A stretch of 32,000 nucleotides of DNA from Caedimonas varicaedens. Its GTDB lineage: Bacteria > Pseudomonadota > Alphaproteobacteria > Caedimonadales > Caedimonadaceae. Location: assembly GCA_001192655.1 (NCBI GenBank), contig BBVC01000099.1:1-32000 (forward strand), given 5' to 3'. The notes under the pieces are model-generated. The model was not told the origin of the DNA, searched no databases, and saw only the letters and a program-made list of their open reading frames with translations. The translations under genes and the position numbers were made by a program. Numbering within the stretch: the first letter of the stretch is position 1; each line of letters starts with the position of its first letter. This document shows positions 8,076 to 17,364 of this stretch, one piece after another.

Positions 8076-11000
8076 ATGTTTTTTTCTCGTTTTATAGTAC
8101 TATTCTTTAGCTTTTTTCTTTTGTGTGTCTCCTGGGCTTCCCAGCCTTTGCCTGATTTCCAGCTCAATTCCCAACAAAGCCAGATAGCTACAGATTATTC
8201 TCAGGAAATCCTTGAGGGGGTACAGACAGCGTCTTCTGAGCGAGAAGCCCTGAAAAGACAAGTGGAAGCGCGTGCGGCCTGGGATCGACAGGAGTGGTAC
8301 GGTATTCGCTATGGCTTCATACAGGTTTTGAAGGATAATCCAAAAGATTATTTAGCGTGGGTCTGTCTGTCACAGGCGCTTTCCAGCAAATATTTTGGCG
8401 ATGATAAGAAGGCAAAACAAAAGGCTGTTGCTGCAGCCCTGAATGCTTACAAGGTAGCCCAGAATCAGAATGAAAAGCTAATCGTTTTGGGGATTCTTTC
8501 AAAATTGGATGATGGGTTTGACGCTATTTACAAAAAGCAGATGCAGTCTCGAAAAGATCAGGACATTGAACAGGATTTAGCTGCAAAAATAAAAGCTTAT
8601 CCTTCTGTTTTTAAAGTCTATGATATTGATATTCCTGAACGAACAGATACAGGATCAGCATGTCTGGTCTGGACGAAACCCCTGTTAAGGAAAAAAGGTT
8701 ATTCTTTTGAGAATTTTATTTCCCTGACCCCTGACCTAAAGAATCTGGGAGTTATTGCAAAAGGAAATCGTCTTTGTTTGAATGGTTTGAATTTTGGTGC
8801 TGCATACACACTGACAGTTAAAAGGGGTCTTCCAGGAGAGGATGATTATAAGCTTGAGGCTGATGCGAACATCGACCTTTTAATCCAACACCGCAAGCCC
8901 ATGCTCCAATTTCGGGAGCGAGGGTATATCCTGCCAACATATGCTCCCCATTCCATTCCTCTTAATGCGGTGAATGTTAGCAAAGCCAAAATCAAGGTTT
9001 GGCGTATTCCTGTCAATAATCTGCCTCAACAGATAAACCGCGATGAATTTATGAAACAACTTTATGAATGGCAAGCGGTAGATATGACATCCCATATCGG
9101 TGAACTTGTGGCGGAAGGCGAAGTTGATTGTCAGAGTGAGATGGATCAGACCACAACCCGTGGGATCTCTTTGGAGCAGATCATCGGTCAAAAGCTGGAA
9201 AGCGGTGTTTATGTCATTCGCGCCAGTCTAGGTTCTGGTTCTTCCTATGAAGATAGAGATAATACAACCCAGTGGCTGGTCGTAAGCGATATTGGGCTTT
9301 CAACCTATAAAGGGCCAGATGGGCTTCATGTGATCGTGCGATCCCTTAAAACAGCGGAAATCCTCAAGGATGTAGAATTAACCCTTATCGCTCGCAATGG
9401 ACGCGAGCTTGGACAAGCCAGAACAGATAAACAAGGCTATGCAAAATTTGATGCGGCGCTTCTTCAGGGTCAGGAAAGTAATGCGCCTATTATGATTATC
9501 GCGCAACAAAAAGGAGAGAATTTCACGCTCCTCAATCTTAAAAATGAAGGATTTGATTTTAGTGATCGAGGTGCAAAGGGGCGTGTTCTTTCGACAAAAG
9601 TAGATACTTATCTTTTTACCGAGCGGGGCATTTATCATCCTGGAGACAAAGTAAATGTGACGGCTTTGGTGCGTGATCAACAGGGCAAAGCTTTAACAGG
9701 GGTGCCTTTGATTTTTAAAATTAAAAGGCCTGACGGGTTGGAAGTTGACAGGAAAACAACTCAAGATCAGGGAGCTGGTGCCCATACGTTTGTATTTCCT
9801 ACCCAGTCCTCTGCGTATTCAGGTGTATGGACGATTGAAGCCTACGTCGATCCAAAAGGGGTTGAAGTGGGTCATGTGATTTTCCGTGTTCAGGATTTTG
9901 TGCCGCCCCGCATTAACGTTTCTGTTACCTTGCCTCAAAAAGCGGTGCATCCTTTTGAGTCTCTGGAAACGGATGTTATTGCGCACTATTACTATGGTCC
10001 TGCGGCGTCAAATCTGAAAACAACTATAGAAATCGATTTAGTTGAGGCAATTTCTCCCTTTGAGGCGTTGAAAGATTATCATTTTGGTTTGGAAGAAGCG
10101 TCATGGGTTCCCCAGCGTGTCCCTCTGGAAGAAAGTCAAACAAATGCTCAGGGGAAAGTGAATGCAAAGGTCAGTCTGGAAGCATCTCCCGATACCACAA
10201 AAATTCTGTCGGCGCGCTCAACAGTGACAGTCTATGAAGCGGGGGGACGAGGACGAACAGCTGAAAAAACGATTCTTTACTGGCATCAGCCTTTTGCGCT
10301 GGGGATTGCCGCTCAATTCAAGGACAGGGTTGCTCCTGAAAATGGAGAAGCTTCTTTCCATATTATCGCGGTCAATGAAACGGGAAAATTCCAGGAAATT
10401 AAGAATTTAACTTATACGTTTTATGAAGAAACGCGACATTTCACTTGGTTCCGTTCGGGAAATTCCTGGAATTATGAGACTTCTATTGATGATCGAGTTA
10501 TCAATTCGGGAAATATTTCGACGGATTCCCGTCAGCCTGTATCATTAAAATTTCCGGTAAAATTTGGTCATTATCGCCTTGAAGTGATGGATCAGAAGAC
10601 AGGAGTTGCCACCAGCTTTCGCTTCCATGCGGGATGGGGCGGACAGAGCGATCTTCCTGATAGACCGGATCTGGTTGAAGTTTCGCTGGATAAACCTTTC
10701 TATAATCCCGGTGAAAAAGCCTATCTTAATATTACAGCTCCTTATGAAGGTGAATTGTTTGTGGCGGCGCTGGGTGATCATTTTGAGCCAATTTATCATG
10801 GCAAGGCTTCTCTCAAGGGAAATCGTTTAGAACTTCCTCTGAAAGGTTCTCTTTTGCAAAAAGGGGGAGTCTATCTGATGGCCACTGTTTTTCGCCCCGC
10901 TGACATACGTTCTGAGAAAATGCCTGGACGTGCCATTGGTTTGATTTGGCTTGATCTTAAAGATGAAAAACATATGCTGGACGTTTCTGTTTCTGCTCCT

Positions 11001-13268
11001 GAAACAGCGCGCCCAAATCAAAAACTGGAGATCAAAAGCTGTGTTCCCAAGGCGGTCAAGGATCTTTATATGCAAGTCGCACTGGTGGATGAGGGAATCC
11101 TCAACCTTACAAATTATACGACTCCTGATCTTTTAAATTATTTCTTTGGTCAAACTTTTCTGATGTATACGGTGAGAGACAGTTATGGCTCGCTGGTTAA
11201 TCCCTATGGCTCGCGTCCCACCAATTTTAAGGTAGGGGGAGGTGGTGGATTGGAAAAACTGGCTTTCAAAAATCTTGACGCCCGTACGTATAAAATAGTG
11301 AGCCTTATCTCTCCGATTCTTCATCAATTCAGGGAAGAAAAGGAAGGCTATTGTGGGTCTGCTTCTTTTGATTTGCCTGAATTTTCCGGAAATTTGCGTG
11401 TTATGACTATGGCTTGGTCTCCTGATGCCATGGGGTCAACGGATCATTCTGTTATCGTGCGTGAGCCGCTGGAAACCCATATTTCCTTGCCTCGATTCCT
11501 GGCGCCTCGTGATGAAGCGCATGTGATGACAGAAGTTGATAATTTGACGGGATCAGATGGAAGCTTTTCTCTCAACATAAAAAGTGAAGGGTCTATTGTC
11601 CTGAAAGAACCCTTTGACAAAAAAATAACTCTTGCAAAAGAGCAGCGCCAAGCCATACCACTTACGTTGATTGCCGGTTCAGCAGGTGTGGGGAAGATCC
11701 GTTTAAAAGCTTTGGGCGCGCATGATCTAAAACTTGAGAAAAATTGGGACATTGCTATTCGTTCTCCTGTTTTTGAACAGCGCAAGCGTCGATATGGGAC
11801 ACTTGCGCCTGACAAGGATGTTCGCTTTTCTCTGGTCGACTTTCAGGAGTTTTCTCCAGAGACAATGCAGTTTGACATCAGTATTGGTTCTGTTCCTACC
11901 TTTGGGTCAGCCAGCCTTATTAAAGAACTGAAAGACTATCCGTATGGCTGCCTTGAACAGCTTGTCAGCCGATTGGCGGCCTATTTGGAGCAAGAAGAAC
12001 AGCCTTCAAAAGAAGCATCTGCCATAGAAACACTGATTAATAGGATTGTTTCTCTTCAATCTTATGATGGGACTTTTGTTCTTTGGGGTGGGCAGCATTC
12101 GGCTGAACCCTGGCTTTCGGTCTATGCTCTTGATCTTTTGTTCAAGGCGTCTCACCAAAAGCGGTTGACCTATGAGATTGTGCTGCAGCGGGGCATAAAA
12201 TGGATGCAGGAATTTACGCGTAATTCTTCTATTGAACCCAGGGATATGAGTGTAAAATCTTATATTCATTATCTGATGGCCCGGGAAGGATTAAGCACAT
12301 TGGGGTCTTTAAAGTACTTTGCTGATAATCATCAAAAAGGACTCAAGGCACGCAATGATTTGGCTTTCATTGGGGGCGCTTTTGCCCATTTCAAGGATGT
12401 TGCTTCGGCAAATACGTGGTTCAAGCGTGCTATTGCTTCTCCTGAAGCTAAAAAAGAAGAATGGAAGGATTTTTTCCAATCTCGCATCAGTGATACGGCT
12501 ATCTTAATCAAGATTCTGGCGGAGTGTATTCAGAATCAGCCTGAAGTACAAGATTTGGCAATGCAACTCGCAGATTTGTCAGCTCAGCCTTCTGCACTCA
12601 ATACATTTGAAAAGGGATGGCTGATTCAGGCTGCGTCTGCTTTATCGGAATGGCAAAAGCCTCTTTTGTTGACTGTGCAGGATGAATGGATCGATAAAAA
12701 TCTGAAAACCTGGAATAAAGTGTTTTCAATAAATGATCTCAAGAAACCGGTTGTTCTGGCGAATAAGGGGAAAGCGCCCCTTGTTTATACTCTTGATATC
12801 AAGGGAGAGCCAAAGGATCTTGCTCAATTCGCTGCACAAGGGTTTGAGATCAAGCGTCAATTGTTTGACAGGGCAGGAAAAGAGATCGATCCTGCTCAAT
12901 TGAAATCAGGAGATTTGGTGTTTGTTGTGTTGAGCGGTGCTGTGAAGGACGCTAGTGTTCATGAAGTTCTGCTTGTTGAACTCTTACCTGCCGGTCTTGA
13001 AATTGAACAGGTTGAACTTGGTTCATCGCTGTCTCAAAAAGAGTTTGGATGGCTTACGGATCTTACTGAACTTTCAAGGGTAGAAAAGAGAGAGGATCGT
13101 TATGTGGCGACCTTTAGATCAACGCAAGCACAACCTTTCAAGATCGCTTATATGGCTCGTGCGGTGACGCCTGGGACTTATGCTTATCCGGCGGCTTCTA
13201 TTGAAAGCATGTATCGTCCACAGTTTTCAGCCAGAACTCCCAGTGGGCAGATCAATATAAAACCATAA
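8076..13268 (+). CDS. Bacterial alpha-2-macroglobulin family protein (YfhM/ECAM-like), thioester-containing
   Basis: Collinear with E. coli YfhM over diagnostic blocks: VDEGILNLTNYTTPD, FSGNLRVMTMAWS, YPYGCLEQ (thioester), LLPAGLEIE, REDRYVA, YMARAVTPGTYAYP, ESMYRPQF. The start is set at the ATG at 8076 (GGAGAG SD 6 nt upstream), giving the signal peptide MFFSRFIVLFFSFFLLCVSWA/SQ. The track ORF begins at a TTG at 8013. Confidence 0.9.
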   Translation: MFFSRFIVLFFSFFLLCVSWASQPLPDFQLNSQQSQIATDYSQEILEGVQTASSEREALKRQVEARAAWDRQEWYGIRYGFIQVLKDNPKDYLAWVCLSQALSSKYFGDDKKAKQKAVAAALNAYKVAQNQNEKLIVLGILSKLDDGFDAIYKKQMQSRKDQDIEQDLAAKIKAYPSVFKVYDIDIPERTDTGSACLVWTKPLLRKKGYSFENFISLTPDLKNLGVIAKGNRLCLNGLNFGAAYTLTVKRGLPGEDDYKLEADANIDLLIQHRKPMLQFRERGYILPTYAPHSIPLNAVNVSKAKIKVWRIPVNNLPQQINRDEFMKQLYEWQAVDMTSHIGELVAEGEVDCQSEMDQTTTRGISLEQIIGQKLESGVYVIRASLGSGSSYEDRDNTTQWLVVSDIGLSTYKGPDGLHVIVRSLKTAEILKDVELTLIARNGRELGQARTDKQGYAKFDAALLQGQESNAPIMIIAQQKGENFTLLNLKNEGFDFSDRGAKGRVLSTKVDTYLFTERGIYHPGDKVNVTALVRDQQGKALTGVPLIFKIKRPDGLEVDRKTTQDQGAGAHTFVFPTQSSAYSGVWTIEAYVDPKGVEVGHVIFRVQDFVPPRINVSVTLPQKAVHPFESLETDVIAHYYYGPAASNLKTTIEIDLVEAISPFEALKDYHFGLEEASWVPQRVPLEESQTNAQGKVNAKVSLEASPDTTKILSARSTVTVYEAGGRGRTAEKTILYWHQPFALGIAAQFKDRVAPENGEASFHIIAVNETGKFQEIKNLTYTFYEETRHFTWFRSGNSWNYETSIDDRVINSGNISTDSRQPVSLKFPVKFGHYRLEVMDQKTGVATSFRFHAGWGGQSDLPDRPDLVEVSLDKPFYNPGEKAYLNITAPYEGELFVAALGDHFEPIYHGKASLKGNRLELPLKGSLLQKGGVYLMATVFRPADIRSEKMPGRAIGLIWLDLKDEKHMLDVSVSAPETARPNQKLEIKSCVPKAVKDLYMQVALVDEGILNLTNYTTPDLLNYFFGQTFLMYTVRDSYGSLVNPYGSRPTNFKVGGGGGLEKLAFKNLDARTYKIVSLISPILHQFREEKEGYCGSASFDLPEFSGNLRVMTMAWSPDAMGSTDHSVIVREPLETHISLPRFLAPRDEAHVMTEVDNLTGSDGSFSLNIKSEGSIVLKEPFDKKITLAKEQRQAIPLTLIAGSAGVGKIRLKALGAHDLKLEKNWDIAIRSPVFEQRKRRYGTLAPDKDVRFSLVDFQEFSPETMQFDISIGSVPTFGSASLIKELKDYPYGCLEQLVSRLAAYLEQEEQPSKEASAIETLINRIVSLQSYDGTFVLWGGQHSAEPWLSVYALDLLFKASHQKRLTYEIVLQRGIKWMQEFTRNSSIEPRDMSVKSYIHYLMAREGLSTLGSLKYFADNHQKGLKARNDLAFIGGAFAHFKDVASANTWFKRAIASPEAKKEEWKDFFQSRISDTAILIKILAECIQNQPEVQDLAMQLADLSAQPSALNTFEKGWLIQAASALSEWQKPLLLTVQDEWIDKNLKTWNKVFSINDLKKPVVLANKGKAPLVYTLDIKGEPKDLAQFAAQGFEIKRQLFDRAGKEIDPAQLKSGDLVFVVLSGAVKDASVHEVLLVELLPAGLEIEQVELGSSLSQKEFGWLTDLTELSRVEKREDRYVATFRSTQAQPFKIAYMARAVTPGTYAYPAASIESMYRPQFSARTPSGQINIKP
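11949..11960 (+). other. Thioester motif CLEQ of the alpha-2-macroglobulin
   Basis: tgc ctt gaa cag, in frame with the A2M ORF, within YPYGCLEQLVS. The Cys and Gln needed for the internal beta-cysteinyl-gamma-glutamyl thioester are both present. Confidence 0.85.
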
Positions 13269-13289
13269 TGGCGTGATGAGCGAACCCTG

Positions 13290-15380
13290 ATGCGATTTGG
13301 CGCTCTTTTATACAGATATTTTTTTAGGCACTCCTCCAAGAATGCCAAACTGCTTTTTGTAATGTTGTTTTTCGTGACAAGCGTTTTTCTTGCGGTTGTT
13401 GTTGATTACTTTTTTCCTGTTGATACCTCACGGTTTCAGGACATTTCGATCGTTGTTGCTGCAGAGGATAAACCCCTTGCTCATGTTTTCCAGACCAAGG
13501 ATGAAAAATGGCGTTTGGGAACTTCTCTCAAAGACGTCGATTCTTGTTTTATCAAACAGATTCTTTATCGCGAAGATCGCTATTTCTGGCTTCATAACGG
13601 GATTAACCCCTTTTCATTATTGAGGGCGACAAGTCAATGGTTGATCAATGGAAAAGTGATTTCAGGGGGATCAACCCTGACGATGCAGGTGGCGCGTTTA
13701 CTTGAGCCTCGACCTCGCACCCTTTCTTCCAAGTTCATTGAAATTTTTCGTTCTTTCCAGCTGGAATGGCATTTTCCAAAAAGCCAACTTCTTCAGATGT
13801 ACCTGACCTTGGCGCCTTATGGGGGAAATATCGAGGGGATTCAAGCCGCATCCTGGCGTTATTTTGGAAAATCAGCACAGCATCTCAGTCCTTCTGAGGC
13901 GGCTCTTCTCATTGCGCTTCCCCAGGCACCGCGTCGTTATTATCACCATTCTTTTACTCTCTCTGCCTTACAAGCCCGTAACCGTATTCTCGTCCAGTTG
14001 CATGAGGCAGGTTTCTTTGATAAGGCAACATTGATGGCAGCTCAAGATGAACCGCTTCCGGGTCAGCGCTTTGCTCTGCCCCGATATCTTCCTCATTTAG
14101 CGTATCGGCTCAAACGCCTTTTACCCCAACAAAAGAAAATTGAAACCACAGTTCAAATTTCTCTTCAAAATAAAATTCAACATCTTGCTTCTCAAGCGCT
14201 TAATATTTATCCGTCAGGCGTCAATATCGCGGTGCTCGTCGTCCATCACCCTACCCATAACGTGTTGGCTTATCTGGGGTCTATAGATTTTTTCAGTGTT
14301 CCCCGCCAGGGGCAGATCGATTATATCCGGGCGCTTCGTTCCCCGGGATCAACTTTGAAACCCTTCATTTATGGATTGGGATTTGAAGAAGGCATTATTC
14401 ATCCTGATACGTTGGTGCGTGATGATGAAAAAACGTATGGGAATTATAAACCATCAAACTTTGATAAAGAATTTCATGGGATGGTCACTATTGAAAACGC
14501 CTTGTTGCTTTCGTTAAATATTCCCGTGGTCACGACTTTGCAAAGTTTGGGACCTCTGAAGTTTCTGGGGATTCTTGAAGAGGTAGGCATTACGCCTGTT
14601 TTTCCCGACCCCCTCAAACCACCCGGCTTATCTCTGGCTTTGGGAGGGGTAGGGATGACATTAGAGCAACTTACCGTGTTGTATCAAAGTCTTGCAGATA
14701 GAGGGGAAATAGCGTCACTGAGGTTCACGCACAATCAACCCAAAGGGGAAGCCTATCAATTATTTTTGCCCCAAACGGCCGCTCTGCTGACTCAAATCCT
14801 TCAAAAATCGTCTGAGATTGAGGGAGATTCTTCGCTGTCCTCAATATCTTTCAAAACAGGAACTTCTTATGGACATCGTGACGCATGGGTAGTGGGATAT
14901 AACGCTTCCCACGTTGTGGGAATCTGGATCGGACGTCCTGATGGCGCTCCATTTGGAACAGGAACGGGCGCGTCATTGGCTGTTCCCTTGATGAAGCAAA
15001 TATTTCAGATTTTACCTGCTCCACGTTTTTCCAGGAAAGACCTTTTTCCTGTGAAGAACGCTTCTTTCCAGATTAGGGAAGTTCAAAAAGTTGGGTTTAG
15101 AGATCCAGCGGTGTCGTCTCAAGCGGTGCCACTTCAATTGCTTTTTCCTATTCATGACACGACTATCGAAGCGTTTGCAGGAAATTCTTCTTTCGGGAGT
15201 GTTTCTCTTCAGGCTGTAGGGGGCAAGCGTCCCTATACATGGGTCATCAATCAGGTTCCCTACGCATGTCAGGTATGGCGTCCTAAAACAGTCTGGACAC
15301 CTTCTCAAAAGGGTTTTTATACAATCACTTTGCTGGATGCACAGGGACAATCAAAATCTGCTCATGTTGAGATCAATTAA
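13290..15380 (+). CDS. pbpC: Penicillin-binding protein 1C (bifunctional glycosyltransferase/transpeptidase)
   Basis: GT51 motifs: REDRYFWLHNGINP, GGSTLTMQVARL, APYGGNIEGIQAASWRYFGK. Transpeptidase motifs: SxxK (STLK), SxN (SLN), KTG (KTGTS). A C-terminal PbpC-type beta domain is present. The gene starts 21 nt after the A2M stop, which is the classic A2M-pbpC pairing. Confidence 0.9.
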   Translation: MRFGALLYRYFFRHSSKNAKLLFVMLFFVTSVFLAVVVDYFFPVDTSRFQDISIVVAAEDKPLAHVFQTKDEKWRLGTSLKDVDSCFIKQILYREDRYFWLHNGINPFSLLRATSQWLINGKVISGGSTLTMQVARLLEPRPRTLSSKFIEIFRSFQLEWHFPKSQLLQMYLTLAPYGGNIEGIQAASWRYFGKSAQHLSPSEAALLIALPQAPRRYYHHSFTLSALQARNRILVQLHEAGFFDKATLMAAQDEPLPGQRFALPRYLPHLAYRLKRLLPQQKKIETTVQISLQNKIQHLASQALNIYPSGVNIAVLVVHHPTHNVLAYLGSIDFFSVPRQGQIDYIRALRSPGSTLKPFIYGLGFEEGIIHPDTLVRDDEKTYGNYKPSNFDKEFHGMVTIENALLLSLNIPVVTTLQSLGPLKFLGILEEVGITPVFPDPLKPPGLSLALGGVGMTLEQLTVLYQSLADRGEIASLRFTHNQPKGEAYQLFLPQTAALLTQILQKSSEIEGDSSLSSISFKTGTSYGHRDAWVVGYNASHVVGIWIGRPDGAPFGTGTGASLAVPLMKQIFQILPAPRFSRKDLFPVKNASFQIREVQKVGFRDPAVSSQAVPLQLLFPIHDTTIEAFAGNSSFGSVSLQAVGGKRPYTWVINQVPYACQVWRPKTVWTPSQKGFYTITLLDAQGQSKSAHVEIN

Positions 15381-15555
15381 GCTTTTGGTATGTTTCTTTT
15401 CCATTAGACTTCTTTCGAAACCTTCGCCTTTGACTCCAGGGCGTTGTCAAAAATTTGTTCGTGGTACTGATGTACTCTCATGTACACTGTGGTCACTCAC
15501 AAATTTTTTCCTAGCCCTGAACCAAAATGCTGGGTTTCAAAAGAAGTCTATTGAG

Positions 15556-16026
15556 TCAGGGAGAATTTTTAGTTTTCAGGAAATCTAGTTTGCCAATAAA
15601 ATCCTTAAAGTCACTGGGAGCTTCAAAGTCCTGATAAACGGAAGCAAAGCGTACATAGGCCACAGCATCAAGATCGCTAAGAGCTTCCATCACCATTTCT
15701 CCGATAATTTTAGAGGGGATTTCTGTCTCGCCTCTGGCTTCAAGCTGTCTGACCAGGCTACTGATCACGCGTTCAATTTTCTCTTCCCCTACAGGTCGTT
15801 TGTGCAAGGCTAATCTGAGGGAGTTGGCGAGCTTATCATGATTAAAAGATTCAACATCTTCATTTTTTTTGATTACTTTGAGAGGAATCAATTGGACGCG
15901 CTCAACTGTGGTAAAGCGGGCACTGCATTCAAGACAGTGGCGTCTTCTACGAATCCCCGTATTTTCTTCAACAGATCGAGAATCTTTTACAGCCGTTTCG
16001 GAATGTCCGCAAAAAGGACACCTCAT
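15556..16026 (-). CDS. nrdR: Transcriptional repressor NrdR
   Basis: N-terminal zinc ribbon MRCPFCGH...[15 protein letters not shown] followed by an ATP-cone. 156 aa. The ATG overlaps the glyA stop (ATGA at 16023-16026). Confidence 0.95.
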   Translation of the reverse strand: MRCPFCGHSETAVKDSRSVEENTGIRRRRHCLECSARFTTVERVQLIPLKVIKKNEDVESFNHDKLANSLRLALHKRPVGEEKIERVISSLVRQLEARGETEIPSKIIGEMVMEALSDLDAVAYVRFASVYQDFEAPSDFKDFIGKLDFLKTKNSP

Positions 16027-17285
16027 GCAGCAAGTTCCGGATAAAGAGGGAATTGGTCACACAAGCGATTGACTTTTTGTCTGACTTCAGTGACTACAGG
16101 GGCAGCATTGCCTTCAGCAAGAGATTTGAGAACACGTACGATCATTTCACCGATCAGCTGAAATTCTTGTTCTTTTAAGCCACGAGTCGTCATTGCGGGC
16201 GATCCCAGACGAATTCCCGAAGTTTTCATGGGCGGTAGAGGATCAAAGGGGATGCTGTTTTTGTTGCAGGTTATTCCCGCTTGCTCAAGGGTATCACTGG
16301 CTTCTTTGCCTGAGATACCCAGAGAACGCAGGTCAACCAACAATAAATGACAATCTGTCCCCCCCGAAACAAGGGAGATTCCCTCATTTTGAATAACGTC
16401 TCCCAGGGTCTTTGCATTTTTGATGATTTGTTGAGCGTATAATTTAAAGTCCTCTTGCAGAGCTTCTTTAAAAGCCACGGCTTTCCCTGCAATAACGTGC
16501 ATCAGGGGGCCGCCCTGATTTCCAGGGAAAACAGCGCTATTCAGCCTTTTAGCAAGCGTATCTGTTTGTGCAAGAATCATACCGCCTCGCGGGCCGCGCA
16601 ATGTTTTATGAGTTGTTGTTGTTACAACATGAGCGTAAGGGAGTGGAGAAGGAAAAACCCTTCCTGCAACCAATCCGGCAAAATGAGCCATGTCCACCAT
16701 GAAGTAAGCGCCAATCTCGTCTGCCAGTGCCCTGAACCATGCAAAATCAATAACACGAGGATAGGCGGATGCACCTGCGATAATTAATTTTGGATGATAT
16801 TCTCGTGCAAGGTGGGCGACCTGATCATAATCAATTAATCCTGTTTCTGGATCAACATTATACCCGACAGCTTCGAACCACTTTCCAGACAGGTTTACTT
16901 TTGACCCATGAGTCAAATGTCCCCCGCTATCCAGGCTCATCCCCAGAAAAGTATCTCCGGGATTTAAAAGTGCGTAGAAAACTTCTTGATTTGCTTGTGC
17001 GCCAGAATGAGGCTGAACATTTGCATAGGCACAATCAAATAACTGGCATGCTCGTTCGATGGCTAATCTTTCAGCGATATCCACAAACTCACATCCACCA
17101 TAATAGCGTGCCCCCGGATAACCTTCGGCATATTTGTTGGTCAAGACAGAACCCTGGGCTTCCATAACAGCCAATGACGTAAAATTCTCCGAAGCAATCA
17201 GCTCAAGCTGGGAGCGCTGGCGATGCAGTTCGGATGTTTTTGCTGCAGCAATCTCTGGGTCAACAGTGGCGAGATAATTGTTCAT
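16023..17285 (-). CDS. glyA: Serine hydroxymethyltransferase
   Basis: Canonical SHMT blocks: [32 protein letters not shown], and [15 protein letters not shown] with the PLP lysine. The ATG at 17285 ([11 protein letters not shown]...) is preferred. The TTG at 17291 is the ORF maximum. Confidence 0.95.
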   Translation of the reverse strand: MNNYLATVDPEIAAAKTSELHRQRSQLELIASENFTSLAVMEAQGSVLTNKYAEGYPGARYYGGCEFVDIAERLAIERACQLFDCAYANVQPHSGAQANQEVFYALLNPGDTFLGMSLDSGGHLTHGSKVNLSGKWFEAVGYNVDPETGLIDYDQVAHLAREYHPKLIIAGASAYPRVIDFAWFRALADEIGAYFMVDMAHFAGLVAGRVFPSPLPYAHVVTTTTHKTLRGPRGGMILAQTDTLAKRLNSAVFPGNQGGPLMHVIAGKAVAFKEALQEDFKLYAQQIIKNAKTLGDVIQNEGISLVSGGTDCHLLLVDLRSLGISGKEASDTLEQAGITCNKNSIPFDPLPPMKTSGIRLGSPAMTTRGLKEQEFQLIGEMIVRVLKSLAEGNAAPVVTEVRQKVNRLCDQFPLYPELAA

Positions 17286-17349
17286 AGGCAAGAGTCTTTC
17301 AAATGACTGAAGAAATTCTCCTGAATTGTAAACATTTCATCCGCAGATT

Positions 17350-17363
17350 CAAGAATATTCTTG
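17350..17363. promoter_or_regulatory. Perfect 14-bp palindrome CAAGAATATTCTTG between the tadG stop and the glyA start
   Basis: Read directly from the sequence. It lies 1 nt from the tadG-like stop (17365-17367) and about 65-78 nt upstream of the glyA ATG. No T-tract follows on the minus strand, so an operator is at least as plausible as a terminator. Confidence 0.25.
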
Positions 17364-17364
17364 A

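Noticed and set aside
15337-15588. 83-aa ORF bridging the pbpC 3' end, the 175-bp convergent spacer and the nrdR 3' end; also a search for a bidirectional terminator there
   Set aside because: The ORF overlaps two well-supported genes at both ends and has no SD or motif. Only 4-5 bp stems are present (TGTAC...GTACA, TTTCGAAA, AACC...GGTT), with no adjacent T-tracts, so I could not support a terminator call.
17286-17364. Riboswitch (ZTP/pfl or THF type) in the glyA leader
   Set aside because: The leader is only about 79 nt. It lacks the conserved GGGUCGUG / CCGGGCGGA / CCGCCUGGGCA-type elements of the ZTP motif and any comparable GC-rich pseudoknot.
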